Positions 1 through 10,813 of a DNA stretch of 64,000 nucleotides are shown here, one piece after another. The first letter of the stretch is position 1. The number at the start of each line of letters is the position of its first letter. Where the stretch lies: IMG/VR virus record IMGVR_UViG_3300000401_000001, positions 3,786 through 67,785 of that record. One strand, 5' to 3'. The notes below the pieces were generated by a model. It searched no databases. It was given only the letters and a program-made list of their open reading frames with translations, and was not told the DNA's origin. The translations under genes and the position numbers were made by a program. This DNA comes from a virus.

Positions 1-2
1 CT

Positions 3-3000
3 TACTGCAGTAAAGCCAATGTTTCTAGAACGAATCCAAGGAACAAAAGAAGAACTGATAATACGATCTCCCAGTGACTGATTGTCAATTCTGGAAACTA
101 CTCTTGTCCTGAGACCAGTACGAGTTTGGCGAGTTGTAGTTGTAACTCTTTGCCAGCCGCCCCACCACCAAGCTCCACCTTCTCTTCTGGTTCCTTGCCA
201 AGTTGTCTGCCAAGCATTCCACTGAATAGGAGCAAAACCTTGGTTATTTGCATTTAGCCTTTGTCGAGTTGCCTCAAAGTCGCCCTCAATGTTGACGACA
301 CGAGCGGGAGCACGAGTTGTATCAGTCCAGTCGTCAGATGTAGGAACAAGATCAACCCTACCAATAAACGTAAACACATTAAATGGGTTTACGTTTTCTT
401 GGCGTGATGCATAAGGTTGGCTAATTACATCAATTTCTTCATAAGGAAGTGTTAGAATATTTGCAGGATACTTCTGAATATTTGTAGACTCACTTTCATT
501 TAGTTCCAGCGCAACGTTAGTTGTGAAGTGCGATGGTCTACAAATACCACCATTGATATCAATAGACGCTTTGTAATCGATATTATTTGTTGCAGAAGAG
601 CTATGGTCTGTGAAGTCATCAACAAGGATACCATTCTTCAGTCTATCAAACCCATCTGCATCATATGCTTTTACATTTAGTGCATCATTTTCCAGCAGGG
701 ATAGAGTAGTATAATACTCGATAGTTCTCAGACGCGATTCGATCTGACCAATATCTTCCATGGTATATCTGCGCTGCTGATGCAGTTCGATATAAATGTC
801 TTCATTTACATCATAGACATATGGTCTATATGTAATAGTTGCTAACAACATCGCATTATCGATGTTTTCGGGGAGAGTTGGGGTCTCTGCGGGGACTCCC
901 ATTACCAGATCTAACAGACCTGTATGAGTCATAAACAGTTTATCTCTACGAGCAAGATAGTATTCATAGTCAAGACGAATCTCTTCTTCTACCTTGGGGA
1001 TATTAAAGATAGTCGAGCCACCAGCACCACCTGTGCTAGTAAACACACGAGAATCGAAGTCAAGAGAAATACAATTGGTAAAGTATGGCTGCTCCACAGT
1101 ACCAGAACCAGATGCAAGCTCACCTACAGCAGGTCTGAAGTCGAGGGTGTCTGCCAAATATCTGGTGTTATTGTCGCCTATGATTCTAGGAATCTCAGAA
1201 TATCTGATACCAGAATACGACTGATTGGAGAAGTAATCACCAGATGCTTCGTGAATGAAGTAGTCAAATACGACCGCAAGTTTTCTACGGGGTTCGGGAG
1301 TATTCTTCTTTCTGACCAGGGTAGAAACGCCATAATAGAAAGAAGTTTGATTGGTATCCAACTCAAAACTTGCTGTGATGTTTCTAGAACCTCTATTCAG
1401 AGAACCATCAGCGTCATCAATAACCGCTACGAGGGGATTATCTGCATCATCAACACCATCGATGGTTTCGCCGAGGTTAAAGAATTCGGAACTTACTGGT
1501 ACTACATAAAGACGCAGGTTATTTGAGTTAAAAGAAACTACTCTTGCACGAGCACCACTTGTCCTACCCACAACAATAGAACCATTATCAAAAAAGACGT
1601 TTTCTGTCAGAATCACATAAGGAATTTGTGCTTCATTATCGTCATTCGATTCATATACGGCATGAACCTTATATACATCATTAAGTGCGAATGAAATCTC
1701 TTCATCCTCAATACGAGTGCCGTAGAGATTGCCATATGCCAGACCATAATTAGTCACATCAGTCTGGTTTCTGGTGCGAACAACCTTCATGACTCTCATT
1801 TTCGCAGCAGTCTTGATCTTCTTGGAAACGCTGTTGATCGAGACAGCAGCTGTCAGAGTCACCTGAGAGATATTTGCACTACCACCAGTACCATCATTAA
1901 GACCAGAAATCTGCAGAGATTGTCTATTAGCACCAAAAGAAACTGAGATGGTTGGATTGAGTTTTTCAGACTCAAGCTCAATATCAATATTGGTTCCAGG
2001 TGTCCAACCATAACCAGTATTGGTGTTAGAGCCTTGAGTGATGGTTAGAATATAGTTCTCGGTATCAAGAGCAGTGAACTGTTCATTTTCTGGAAGCGTA
2101 AATGTTACGTCACCAGAAGTGATTTGCTTGTTTGCAAATGTCTTAAATACAACAAACGATTCATCGCTGACAGACTTAATTGCCTCTCTAGGCATGTCTA
2201 TAGCAAGTTCGCCGTTTTGGGTTGTTTTCTTAGTGAAAATTGGACGCAGACGAACAAACTGTGCAGATGGATATTCACCGTCAGGAACAGTACCTTTTGT
2301 TCTTGATACATCAAGAGTAGCAGTCTGTTCACTAAAATTAAAGATTACAGGTGTGCCAGCATCTTTCTTATTGGAGATGCTATAGCCAATATTCGCTGCA
2401 TCAATACGAGTAATTCTCAAAGAATTGGTTCCCTTAAAGTCGGTAGAAGTTGTAGTTACAACTTCGCCAGGACGAAGAGAAGTTGAGAAGCTAGTGCCAA
2501 AACCACTTACTGTCTGAGTGCCAGCTTGATCGACAGTGATTGTCACGCCAGGAATTGCTTCTGCCTTGGTGAGTGCAATAGATGCAGTAAAGACTACTGT
2601 GTTATCTGTTGGCGACGCCCTACCAACCACCGATCTAGCATCCGATTGGTCATATTTCCAAACAGCATCAACTACGTCAAGAACTCTACCGTCTCTCTCT
2701 ACAACTTCACCAATTTGGAATTCGCCAGATACTTCACTAAGCAATGCATTGTCACCAGATGCGGCGTAAACAAAACCTCTAGCGCCAGACTGACGACCAA
2801 CAATAACTTCACCTGCATTAAGTGTTTGGCTGCTAGCGAAGTTAATAGCAGTAAACATTTGCACATCAAACATGTACAAGCGGTATCTACTACCGTCAAC
2901 TTCTAGCTGAAGTGTTCTTGCCTTACCGATGATATTACCCTGGACAGACGAAGATGGTCCAGTACCAGACCAATCATCACGAAGTTCGATAATCTGATAG

Positions 3001-4253
3001 CAGTTTGATACACCTTCACCAGAAATTCTAGGCCAACCCCAGATATCGTAAATTTCTGTAGATTGAGAAAGTTCTACAGGAACAATCTGATTCTGCTTTC
3101 CTACGAATGTCCTGGTCTTGGGAGCATCAACATATGTTGTTGATAGAGTCTCTTGTCTATACCCCTTTACATAACCGACGCCAGGACCAACTTCCAGAAT
3201 GGCATAATCTTCAGAAGCAATATTGCCATCTCTAGATACTGTACCAGCAGAATACACACCATTATTAAAGAAATCGTTGAGATGTTCCCTTGGTCGAACA
3301 TCAAACTGTTTGACGACATAATCGCCATTAGTCTCAAATGTTCTCAGAGCGGCAGTTCTTTCGATTTCATTGTACTCAGTTCTATTAACAAACTGCTCAA
3401 CTTTAGCATTGTTAATTCTGAGAAGTTCGATGAAGTTGTTATCTGTATCATCACCTAAAGGCTTCTTGACCAGAGTGGTTTTAATTCTCAGACGGTGGCC
3501 ACCAGGAGCAGTATAGTTAGAAGAACCAATCGCATTATCTGTCAGAGATGGATCGTCTTCTGGTGTGATGATAGACTCAGATACATCAAAGCCAACACGG
3601 TAAGATGGATTACTACCGTATTGATCCAGAATGATGTAAGAAGAAGGCACGTCAACAAAATGGCCTCTAATGAAATAGACACCTTCGTTAATATATGCCG
3701 TGGATCCGACAGCAGCTGCATTAACTGGGAGTAGTTGTGCAAAAGGTGATCCGACCTCAATCAGAGTATTGCCAAATGTAATTTCGTTCTCTGCAATCAG
3801 TTGCTCATTGTTCTGGAATCTCTTAATTTCAGAATTAGATACAGTGTCTCCAGACTCAAAATATTTCAGATACAGTGTAATATAACCACGAGTAGATTCT
3901 GTTGCGGGAATAGAATAGATGATCTTAGCTTTAATGCCAGTAGTAAGACCCTCGATAATTCTCCCTGTAAGCTGCTGACGATAAGTCTCAACATCTACAC
4001 CAAGGAAAGATTGTTGCAGCAAAACACAGTCAACATACCTGTCGTAACCGATTTGGCCAGGGATGACCATTGCACCTTCCTTAAACAGGTGCTGACCCAT
4101 AGATTCGATCTGGTTCTGCAGAATCGATTGCATGGTAGTAAGTTCTCTAGCCTGAATTGGAAATCCAGGTCTAAAGAGAACTCTATAGAAATTCTTGTCC
4201 TTATCGAAATCGTCGAAATAAGGGGAAATGTTAAGGTTAGTATTCTGGGGCAT
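3..4253 (-). CDS. Large virion structural protein, DUF4815-type (>1417 aa, runs off the left edge; not in ORF track)
   Basis: Hand translation from ATG at 4253 gives MPQNTNLNISPYFDDFDKDKNFYRVLFRPGFPIQARELTTMQSILQNQIE, an N-terminus typical of this cyanomyovirus family. The same frame at the window edge reads QSLGDRIISSSFVPWIRSRNIGFTAV. Starts 1 nt after the gp8 stop. Confidence 0.85.
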   Translation of the reverse strand, partial: MPQNTNLNISPYFDDFDKDKNFYRVLFRPGFPIQARELTTMQSILQNQIESMGQHLFKEGAMVIPGQIGYDRYVDCVLLQQSFLGVDVETYRQQLTGRIIEGLTTGIKAKIIYSIPATESTRGYITLYLKYFESGDTVSNSEIKRFQNNEQLIAENEITFGNTLIEVGSPFAQLLPVNAAAVGSTAYINEGVYFIRGHFVDVPSSYIILDQYGSNPSYRVGFDVSESIITPEDDPSLTDNAIGSSNYTAPGGHRLRIKTTLVKKPLGDDTDNNFIELLRINNAKVEQFVNRTEYNEIERTAALRTFETNGDYVVKQFDVRPREHLNDFFNNGVYSAGTVSRDGNIASEDYAILEVGPGVGYVKGYRQETLSTTYVDAPKTRTFVGKQNQIVPVELSQSTEIYDIWGWPRISGEGVSNCYQIIELRDDWSGTGPSSSVQGNIIGKARTLQLEVDGSRYRLYMFDVQMFTAINFASSQTLNAGEVIVGRQSGARGFVYAASGDNALLSEVSGEFQIGEVVERDGRVLDVVDAVWKYDQSDARSVVGRASPTDNTVVFTASIALTKAEAIPGVTITVDQAGTQTVSGFGTSFSTSLRPGEVVTTTSTDFKGTNSLRITRIDAANIGYSISNKKDAGTPVIFNFSEQTATLDVSRTKGTVPDGEYPSAQFVRLRPIFTKKTTQNGELAIDMPREAIKSVSDESFVVFKTFANKQITSGDVTFTLPENEQFTALDTENYILTITQGSNTNTGYGWTPGTNIDIELESEKLNPTISVSFGANRQSLQISGLNDGTGGSANISQVTLTAAVSINSVSKKIKTAAKMRVMKVVRTRNQTDVTNYGLAYGNLYGTRIEDEEISFALNDVYKVHAVYESNDDNEAQIPYVILTENVFFDNGSIVVGRTSGARARVVSFNSNNLRLYVVPVSSEFFNLGETIDGVDDADNPLVAVIDDADGSLNRGSRNITASFELDTNQTSFYYGVSTLVRKKNTPEPRRKLAVVFDYFIHEASGDYFSNQSYSGIRYSEIPRIIGDNNTRYLADTLDFRPAVGELASGSGTVEQPYFTNCISLDFDSRVFTSTGGAGGSTIFNIPKVEEEIRLDYEYYLARRDKLFMTHTGLLDLVMGVPAETPTLPENIDNAMLLATITYRPYVYDVNEDIYIELHQQRRYTMEDIGQIESRLRTIEYYTTLSLLENDALNVKAYDADGFDRLKNGILVDDFTDHSSSATNNIDYKASIDINGGICRPSHFTTNVALELNESESTNIQKYPANILTLPYEEIDVISQPYASRQENVNPFNVFTFIGRVDLVPTSDDWTDTTRAPARVVNIEGDFEATRQRLNANNQGFAPIQWNAWQTTWQGTRREGGAWWWGGWQRVTTTTRQTRTGLRTRVVSRIDNQSLGDRIISSSFVPWIRSRNIGFTAV

Positions 4254-4254
4254 C

Positions 4255-5790
4255 TTAGAACTCGATTACGATTTTGATATCCTCGATTTGGTCACCAGCG
4301 CGAGAAATTGCGCCTCTGTTATCTATGTAGATGATTTCTCCAGAGTTAGGTTCTACCTCTGGTTTTGCATATCCATTAGTAAATGCCATACCAAGGTCAT
4401 ACTCAGTGTTGTTAATAACACGAGTAGAAATACCAGAAATGATTGGGAAGTTGATATCGGGGTCGGCAGATGTGCCTGATGTGGAGCCTACAATTGGGTT
4501 ACCACCCTCAAACTCAACCAGATTACCAGTGATTTCTGGGAACACACCATCAATTCTATTTTGATAATACTTCAGAACTTTTGTGGTATCATTCCAAGAG
4601 ATTACACGTCCACGAGCTGTAACTTGCTGACCGCCGACAGTTCTAGACTGTGTGATAATTTCATCCGTCTGGAACTGGCCAGTAAAAGTTGGAGAGAAAA
4701 TTACAGCCCTAGTTGCAGACAGAGTAACCGCCGAAGTGAGTTCTGTTGTGCCAAATCTGTTAGGATTGATAACAAGACCAATGCGGCGATAATCGTTATC
4801 TGTCGGGAAATCGCCAGAGCCTTCATCATATGTAAACTTAGTGTTAATCATCACACGATATCCCCCAAGCTCTTTGTCGGGTTCAGAACCATGACCATTT
4901 TCGGGGGGAATGATGACATCGATCGATGCGCCAGTACCAGTACCAGCGCCAATACCGTTCACTTCGTCGATGATAATTTTACCGAAGGTATAACCAGAAC
5001 CACCAGAGGTTACAGTTGCATTAACAACTTTACCACCATCGACAACAAGGGAAACACGACCACCAACACCATCACCTTTGATGGGTACGTTTTCGTATGT
5101 ACCATTATTGTAGCCAGTGCCAGAAGCTTGGATAACTACAGTATCAATCTCACCACCAACAGCGTCGCTAGTAACTGCAACGTCGCTGAGAACAGGCATG
5201 TAGTCGTTTGAGAAGAACTTCAGAACCTGACCGACAGGGATTGTATACAGGTACTTCCAGCGATATCCATCTGCAGTTGTGATGATGGAAGTTGATGTTC
5301 CTGTTGGTTCGATGGTAGATGGCTTACCGTTAGGATCAGATGGGGAGGTGCCATTATAGATGCACTTATACACCTGATACTGTGAATTTACCACATAAAA
5401 ATCCGCATCATACAATTTGGTAGCACCAGACGATGCAGTTTTTGTGGAAGAGTAGTCATGACGATACATGTCATAGACATAGCCCAAACCACCAGTAGTC
5501 TGCTCTGGGGGAGTCCAGTCAATACGACGAATTACCTGAATCGTGTCATTAGCGAGAACACGCTTCATAGAAATCATATCATCATAAATGTCGGAGAACT
5601 CTTGGAGAGAATCTACTGGCGTTGGAGGGGCACTCTCATTATCCCACTCTTGTGGGCGGCCAATAAACACATAAAGACGATCTCTAGAAGCTCCTGCTTC
5701 CAAATCAGACTGCGTGGGTACGGCACCCTCAAGAGATTTGATAAACCTCTTGGCAGTAAAAATTCTAAATTGGTCCGTAAGAAGTGCCAT
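4255..5790 (-). CDS. gp8: Baseplate wedge subunit gp8 (511 aa)
   Basis: RLYVFIGRPQEW, YDMYRHDYS, DFYVVNSQYQVYKC, DGYRWKYLYTIP and C-terminal GEIIYIDNR..ISRAGDQIEDIKIVIEF are T4 gp8-family motifs; lies in the wedge gene cluster. Confidence 0.9.
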   Translation of the reverse strand: MALLTDQFRIFTAKRFIKSLEGAVPTQSDLEAGASRDRLYVFIGRPQEWDNESAPPTPVDSLQEFSDIYDDMISMKRVLANDTIQVIRRIDWTPPEQTTGGLGYVYDMYRHDYSSTKTASSGATKLYDADFYVVNSQYQVYKCIYNGTSPSDPNGKPSTIEPTGTSTSIITTADGYRWKYLYTIPVGQVLKFFSNDYMPVLSDVAVTSDAVGGEIDTVVIQASGTGYNNGTYENVPIKGDGVGGRVSLVVDGGKVVNATVTSGGSGYTFGKIIIDEVNGIGAGTGTGASIDVIIPPENGHGSEPDKELGGYRVMINTKFTYDEGSGDFPTDNDYRRIGLVINPNRFGTTELTSAVTLSATRAVIFSPTFTGQFQTDEIITQSRTVGGQQVTARGRVISWNDTTKVLKYYQNRIDGVFPEITGNLVEFEGGNPIVGSTSGTSADPDINFPIISGISTRVINNTEYDLGMAFTNGYAKPEVEPNSGEIIYIDNRGAISRAGDQIEDIKIVIEF

Positions 5791-5812
5791 TGCTTAGTTA
5801 CTACCTTCCTTT

Positions 5813-5819
5813 TATTTAT
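5813..5819 (-). promoter_or_regulatory. T4-type late promoter (ATAAATA) upstream of gp8
   Basis: Plus strand tatttat at 5813-5819, 22 nt before the gp8 ATG; matches the T4 gp55 TATAAATA-type consensus. Confidence 0.7.
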
Positions 5820-5824
5820 GATGT

Positions 5825-7672
5825 TTATTCGGGTTCGTTTCTGACGATATTAGTGAATTCTTGTCTCAAGAACTCTGCAGATGCGCCAGAACTTTGACCA
5901 TTGAGTGTATCAGCTGATGTAAACTTATACTCCAGTTCGTTGTTCGTTAGATTTTCGAGTACGAGAACCACATAATCACCAACACCATCCCACTCATTGC
6001 TGAATGAGACGACAGTTCCAGAAACTCCAGTAGAACTACCAACTACTTGTTCACCCTGAACGAAAAACGTATTGTTCCAATTCTTAAGGATGAAAGTGGA
6101 AGTTGCTACATGCTCGATACCATCTCCCAGTTGTCCTGCTGACTGTACAGTTGCAACCAGGGGAACAAGGTTTGAGTCATAGATTTGATCTCCCTGTTGG
6201 AAGAGTGTGGTGTTTTGACCCCCTACAGTTTCCTCGATACCATAGAGAGATGATGCAATACCACCATCAAGATTGATTTCATTCTCAAAGTCTGTACCAA
6301 TATTTACAAGGTCAATGATTCCATCACCTTCACCATCTAGTTCATCATTATCCTCAAATGTAAAATCTTGTAGTATGCTGATAGGATCCTCAAAAACATA
6401 TATTCTCGATCCTTCAGACTCAATCAAAACGTGAGGTGATACGCCAGTCCCACTAGATCCAGCAACACCAGCAATAAACTGGATTACTGCGGTCTTTTCA
6501 TTTGCACGACCGCCATCAATAAATGCAAGTTCATCTACCTGAAAAGTTAAGAAAAGCTCTCTGGTTTCTGGTCTCCAATCGTATACAATTGCAACTTTAT
6601 TGGATTTGTCCTCTTCTACTCTTCTAAGACGATCCGAAACTGTAAATGAATAACTGGAGATGCCATTTTCATTATCTGCAAGATTATCTAGAATAACGCG
6701 CTGGTCATATCTGAAGTTAATACCTCTAGAGCAGCCAGTGAAGCTAATTGGAGTTTTGCCTGTGTACCTGATAATCTCCTTACCAATCTGAAACTTGCCA
6801 GATCCAGGGAATGCATTTGTAGTTTCTACATAAAGAGTTGTGTCTGAAGGGCCAGCATCTCGGATAAGACCTGTCAAATTAAAGAGCGTAGAAACCAAAG
6901 AAGTTCTATTTCTTTGGGTACGAATGAGATTAGTATCTCTGGTGAAGATTACTTGTGGTTGGGAAGTGTAACCACCACCAGGATTGAGAAGTTTTATTTC
7001 TTTGATTCTACCTAGCTCAATGATAGCTTCTGCCTCTGCACCAGAGCCACCACCACCAATAATCTGAATCAGAGGTGGAGTCTCAAAGAATTCACCTTCA
7101 TTTGTTACTCTGATGTTGCTAATTTGACCAAATGTGTTGACAGATGCAACACCAGTTGCGCCCTGGCCACCACCTCCACTGATAACTAATGTGACATCAT
7201 CAGAATCATAATTTCTACCAGTGGACTCGATAGTTAAACCAGTAACACCACCTGTTACGGGAACAAGTTCTGCCCCAGAACCGCCACCACCTTCCAGTCT
7301 TGCGCTAGCACTAAAATAACCATCTCCAGGCTGTGTTACTTGTAGGAAAGACACAGATCCATCTTGATTTAGATAGATTTGAGCATCTGCCTCAATAATA
7401 TCTGTATCATCGCTTTCGATAATCAGACGAAGAGGATCGTACCCTTCACCTGGATCGATAACATCAACAGAAAGAATCTCTCCATTATTACCGATTACTG
7501 GACGCAAAACTGCGTCTCTAATGGGAGTTCCAGCATTAGAGACAGTGAGCCTAGGTGGATCATTTTTGTCATAACCAGAACCACCATCTATAACGATGAT
7601 ATCTTTAACACCAAATACGCTGTTAAAAACTGGTTCGATTACTGCGCCGCTTCCAGGTACTATTCTTGCCAT
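5825..7672 (-). CDS. Virion structural protein (615 aa) with GxGY..P...GGGG.GA repeats
   Basis: Long ORF in the baseplate cluster with repeated I.V..GG.GY motifs shared with the giant protein; start overlaps the upstream stop. Confidence 0.75.
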   Translation of the reverse strand: MARIVPGSGAVIEPVFNSVFGVKDIIVIDGGSGYDKNDPPRLTVSNAGTPIRDAVLRPVIGNNGEILSVDVIDPGEGYDPLRLIIESDDTDIIEADAQIYLNQDGSVSFLQVTQPGDGYFSASARLEGGGGSGAELVPVTGGVTGLTIESTGRNYDSDDVTLVISGGGGQGATGVASVNTFGQISNIRVTNEGEFFETPPLIQIIGGGGSGAEAEAIIELGRIKEIKLLNPGGGYTSQPQVIFTRDTNLIRTQRNRTSLVSTLFNLTGLIRDAGPSDTTLYVETTNAFPGSGKFQIGKEIIRYTGKTPISFTGCSRGINFRYDQRVILDNLADNENGISSYSFTVSDRLRRVEEDKSNKVAIVYDWRPETRELFLTFQVDELAFIDGGRANEKTAVIQFIAGVAGSSGTGVSPHVLIESEGSRIYVFEDPISILQDFTFEDNDELDGEGDGIIDLVNIGTDFENEINLDGGIASSLYGIEETVGGQNTTLFQQGDQIYDSNLVPLVATVQSAGQLGDGIEHVATSTFILKNWNNTFFVQGEQVVGSSTGVSGTVVSFSNEWDGVGDYVVLVLENLTNNELEYKFTSADTLNGQSSGASAEFLRQEFTNIVRNEPE

Positions 7673-9168
7673 TAGACCACTACGATATTACCGATCATTC
7701 CTGCATGGATAGTGCATTGATATACATAAGTAGTTCCTGGAGTCAGAGTCATAGGAACTGTGTATGTTGTGGTTCCAGAGGAAGAACCACTCACACCAGC
7801 AGTAACTGGAGCTCCACCGTCGCTAAATCTAATCTCAAATGGGTGAGAGCCGCCCGTTGTGTTATTAAATTTGTATGTAAACCCTCTATACACATAGAAA
7901 GTAGGTCCATCAGTTGCAGAGTCTATTCCAGGTCCAGTAAATCTGTACGCAGTTGATCCATTTGCAGTTACAGAATAATACAGAGTTGGAGAAGGTGTTG
8001 TTGTATACTCAGTTCCATCATAAAGGAGTGAATGACCTTCTGTACCAGATGGAAGCGTAATAGTGCTGTCAGCATTGATTGTAAGAGTGCTTCCAACTAC
8101 AGATGTAGTCAGACCAGATCCACCAGCAATCGTAAAGGTATCCGAATCTGTAGTTGCAGTATAAGAACCAGTATCACCAGCAACTGTCTTCAGAACATCC
8201 TGAACAATGTTTGGGGATGTATTTGTAATAGTAATAGCACCTGCATTTAGATTAGTGCTAATACCAGTACCACCAAGAAAATCTAGTGAGTCTGTGGTAA
8301 TGGTTGCTGATGTTTGACCATTGTCAGCACCAAAAGTTGTAAATACGTTTTGATCTGGATCGCCCAGAGAGCCAGTCATGGTGATTGTCAGTGTATCACC
8401 AGATAAAGAAGTGGAGATATTAGTTCCACCAACAATATTCAGAGTGTCATTGGGAGCACTTGCTGTTGTGCTACCAGTGTCTGCAGTAACTGTCTCAAAA
8501 AGATTTGGTGTGACGGGATCTCCACCATTAGTTGTTGTGGAATCATTGGCAGGCTGCCATGCTTGATTTGTAGCATTCCACTTTAAGACTTGCCCATCAG
8601 CAGGTCCACCACCCACGGTAGTATCAACGTCAGACAGAGCATTGATACTGTCGTTTTCATCTACAAGCTTGATCCACGTTGCATTATGCGCAAAATAACC
8701 CTTTCCAGTTTCGTGCACATGAGCAAACATGCCGTGGTGTACAGACGCTGGAGGAAGGTCTCCAAAAGTATCATATGGTGCATACCACTTTAGGTAACCA
8801 TCATCACCATCAATATAAGTGTATGCAGAGCCAGTTCCTCCAGCCCACAACTTAATATCACCAGTTCCAGTCTGGTGAAAAATCAAGTCGTCTGTGGCAT
8901 CAGACACGATCTGATTGCCATTAGTATCAAGATTGCCAGTCAGAGAATCAAGATCTCCACCGCGAAAAGCTGGGGTTGGGGAAGATGACCACTTCAGTAC
9001 CTGACCATCAGTAATGCCAGGACCAATATCAAACAAGATATCAGTGCTATTACCTAGACGGTCATAGAGCTCATCAAAATTTGAGTTATACTTAATGGCA
9101 CCGTCTCTAAGACTATCACCTGTCCCATCATTTGCCGAAGATCCAATACCGACTAGCTGCTTTGCCAT
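7672..9168 (-). CDS. gp9/gp10-like baseplate/tail-fibre connector with C-terminal cupredoxin-like domain (498 aa)
   Basis: N-terminal MAKQLVGIGSSANDGTGDSLRDGAIKYNSNFDELY matches the T4 gp9/gp10 N-terminal motif. Has internal 'TVTADTGSTTA...DTL.I.GG..IST' repeats. C-terminus GSHPF...YQCTIHAGMIG. Confidence 0.7.
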   Translation of the reverse strand: MAKQLVGIGSSANDGTGDSLRDGAIKYNSNFDELYDRLGNSTDILFDIGPGITDGQVLKWSSSPTPAFRGGDLDSLTGNLDTNGNQIVSDATDDLIFHQTGTGDIKLWAGGTGSAYTYIDGDDGYLKWYAPYDTFGDLPPASVHHGMFAHVHETGKGYFAHNATWIKLVDENDSINALSDVDTTVGGGPADGQVLKWNATNQAWQPANDSTTTNGGDPVTPNLFETVTADTGSTTASAPNDTLNIVGGTNISTSLSGDTLTITMTGSLGDPDQNVFTTFGADNGQTSATITTDSLDFLGGTGISTNLNAGAITITNTSPNIVQDVLKTVAGDTGSYTATTDSDTFTIAGGSGLTTSVVGSTLTINADSTITLPSGTEGHSLLYDGTEYTTTPSPTLYYSVTANGSTAYRFTGPGIDSATDGPTFYVYRGFTYKFNNTTGGSHPFEIRFSDGGAPVTAGVSGSSSGTTTYTVPMTLTPGTTYVYQCTIHAGMIGNIVVV

Positions 9169-9191
9169 AGTCCTTTAGATTTTTACAGTTC

Positions 9192-9198
9192 TATTTAT
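9192..9198 (-). promoter_or_regulatory. Late promoter ATAAATA overlapping the upstream stop codon
   Basis: Plus strand tatttat at 9192-9198, 23 nt before the ATG at 9168. Confidence 0.65.
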
Positions 9199-10793
9199 GT
9201 TGCGTCAAAGGAGACGCCAGTAGTATCAAATCTGAGACTGGTGGAAGAGAAGTCTTCCGCCTGTTGCCCAGAGCCAATACCAGTAACAGTTAATACCACA
9301 ACATCACTTTCCAATGGAGAATTTTGTGCTGGTGTTGCACCAATAGGACCACTGACTGTGCACTTATACCTGTAACCAGACATGTATGCAAGAGCAGTAA
9401 ATTCTAAAGTATTGGAAGTTGCGCCATTAATTGTTGCATATGTAAATCCACCATCAGTAGATCTATACCATTGATATCTCTTTGGTCCATCTTCGGGTGA
9501 GATAGATGCAAGAGTTGTAAATGACACAGTTTCCCCAATAGGAGTTGTTGCGTTTTGTGGTTGCAATGTAATCCTAATTGTTGGGGGAATGACTTCTCCG
9601 CCTCCGTCTGTTGGTGGGGGTGGGGGTGTTGCTGCTCCATTGTTAAATGGCTGATCTAGAATCTCTCTAGAGGTTGATCCCATAATGTAGGGAAACACTG
9701 GGATCAACTCATCTTCCGATCCCAGTTCTGTGGATAGAAAATAAGCATAAGTTCCATTAGGATATTCTGGTGTCACACAATGTCTACCATTATGATAATC
9801 TAGATTACCTAACCCTTCACTATATTCCCAATCCTCTATCAAAGAGCCTGCTGGTGGGTTTTGTAGTGTTGATCCGTATGCTGGTCTTCCAGGAACTTCT
9901 TCTGATCTAATTCTGTAAGAACTACTTGCAAGAATAATATTTGATGTATTAACCCAAGGATCTTCATAACAATAAGGTCCGTAAATTGGAAATCCATCAA
10001 AAGCAATTCCTAGAATTTTGGAATGACCATCTGGATGCCTCAGATTATCTCCATTGTATTGTGTGAGACCATAATAATCATTATATGAAGCAATTATATT
10101 GTTTTGCTTCCAACAATCAATAAAATTTGTATCATTGTAGTGATACTGTCCTGACGATTCTGGGTTTCCACCACAAGCATCATCTCCAAAATTTATTGGA
10201 GATTCTTCATAATGTGAATTCCAACTAAATCCAGCTGGAGGGTTGCCAACATCACCACTACTGGGATTGTAGAAAACAACACCGTTAGCAGCAACACCAA
10301 TAGCACCTAATGGAATTTCATTTCTAGCATTGCGCTGATCATAATAAACATAAGTTCCAGAGTATTCTGTTCTTGTATACTCAACAATAAGCTCTAAGTA
10401 TTGATCACTTGCTCTCCAAAATTGACCAGCTGTTGTGGTTTGCGTTGTTCCTGTATACACAAACACTTGCCTTCTTTCTTCACTTGTTCCACCATCAAAT
10501 ATGAAAAGAACTCTATCCCCAGTATCAATTTGATTTCCAAGAAGTGAATTGTCGTTTACTGAAAGTGGAATCTGAATAAGATATCCATTCTGTGTGAACG
10601 AATTGTCGTCAAAAGTTCTAGTAACTCCAAAAGTTCCACCACGATAATAAAAATCATGCCTAAAGTCTTGCTCAGTAACCAAATTTGGGTTACTGGCATT
10701 TGGAAAAGTACCGTAGGAGATGGGATCTGGGAGCCCATCTCCTTCTACGATAATGATCTTAGTCGCGGGATTAAATTCAGCAGTTGCTGTCAT
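9195..10793 (-). CDS. YHYH-domain virion protein with C-terminal Ig-like domain (532 aa)
   Basis: IGVAANGVVFYNP, GQYHY, GHSKILGIAFDGFPIYGPY and GNLDYHNGRHCVTPEYPNGTYAYF are YHYH-family motifs. QPQNAT...YQWYRS...YRYKCTV is Ig-like. Confidence 0.8.
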   Translation of the reverse strand: MTATAEFNPATKIIIVEGDGLPDPISYGTFPNASNPNLVTEQDFRHDFYYRGGTFGVTRTFDDNSFTQNGYLIQIPLSVNDNSLLGNQIDTGDRVLFIFDGGTSEERRQVFVYTGTTQTTTAGQFWRASDQYLELIVEYTRTEYSGTYVYYDQRNARNEIPLGAIGVAANGVVFYNPSSGDVGNPPAGFSWNSHYEESPINFGDDACGGNPESSGQYHYNDTNFIDCWKQNNIIASYNDYYGLTQYNGDNLRHPDGHSKILGIAFDGFPIYGPYCYEDPWVNTSNIILASSSYRIRSEEVPGRPAYGSTLQNPPAGSLIEDWEYSEGLGNLDYHNGRHCVTPEYPNGTYAYFLSTELGSEDELIPVFPYIMGSTSREILDQPFNNGAATPPPPPTDGGGEVIPPTIRITLQPQNATTPIGETVSFTTLASISPEDGPKRYQWYRSTDGGFTYATINGATSNTLEFTALAYMSGYRYKCTVSGPIGATPAQNSPLESDVVVLTVTGIGSGQQAEDFSSTSLRFDTTGVSFDAT

Positions 10794-10806
10794 TGGACTT
10801 TTTATC

Positions 10807-10813
10807 TATTTAT
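10807..10813 (-). promoter_or_regulatory. Late promoter ATAAATA overlapping the stop codon of the giant gene
   Basis: Plus strand tatttat at 10807-10813, 13 nt before the ATG at 10793. Confidence 0.6.
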
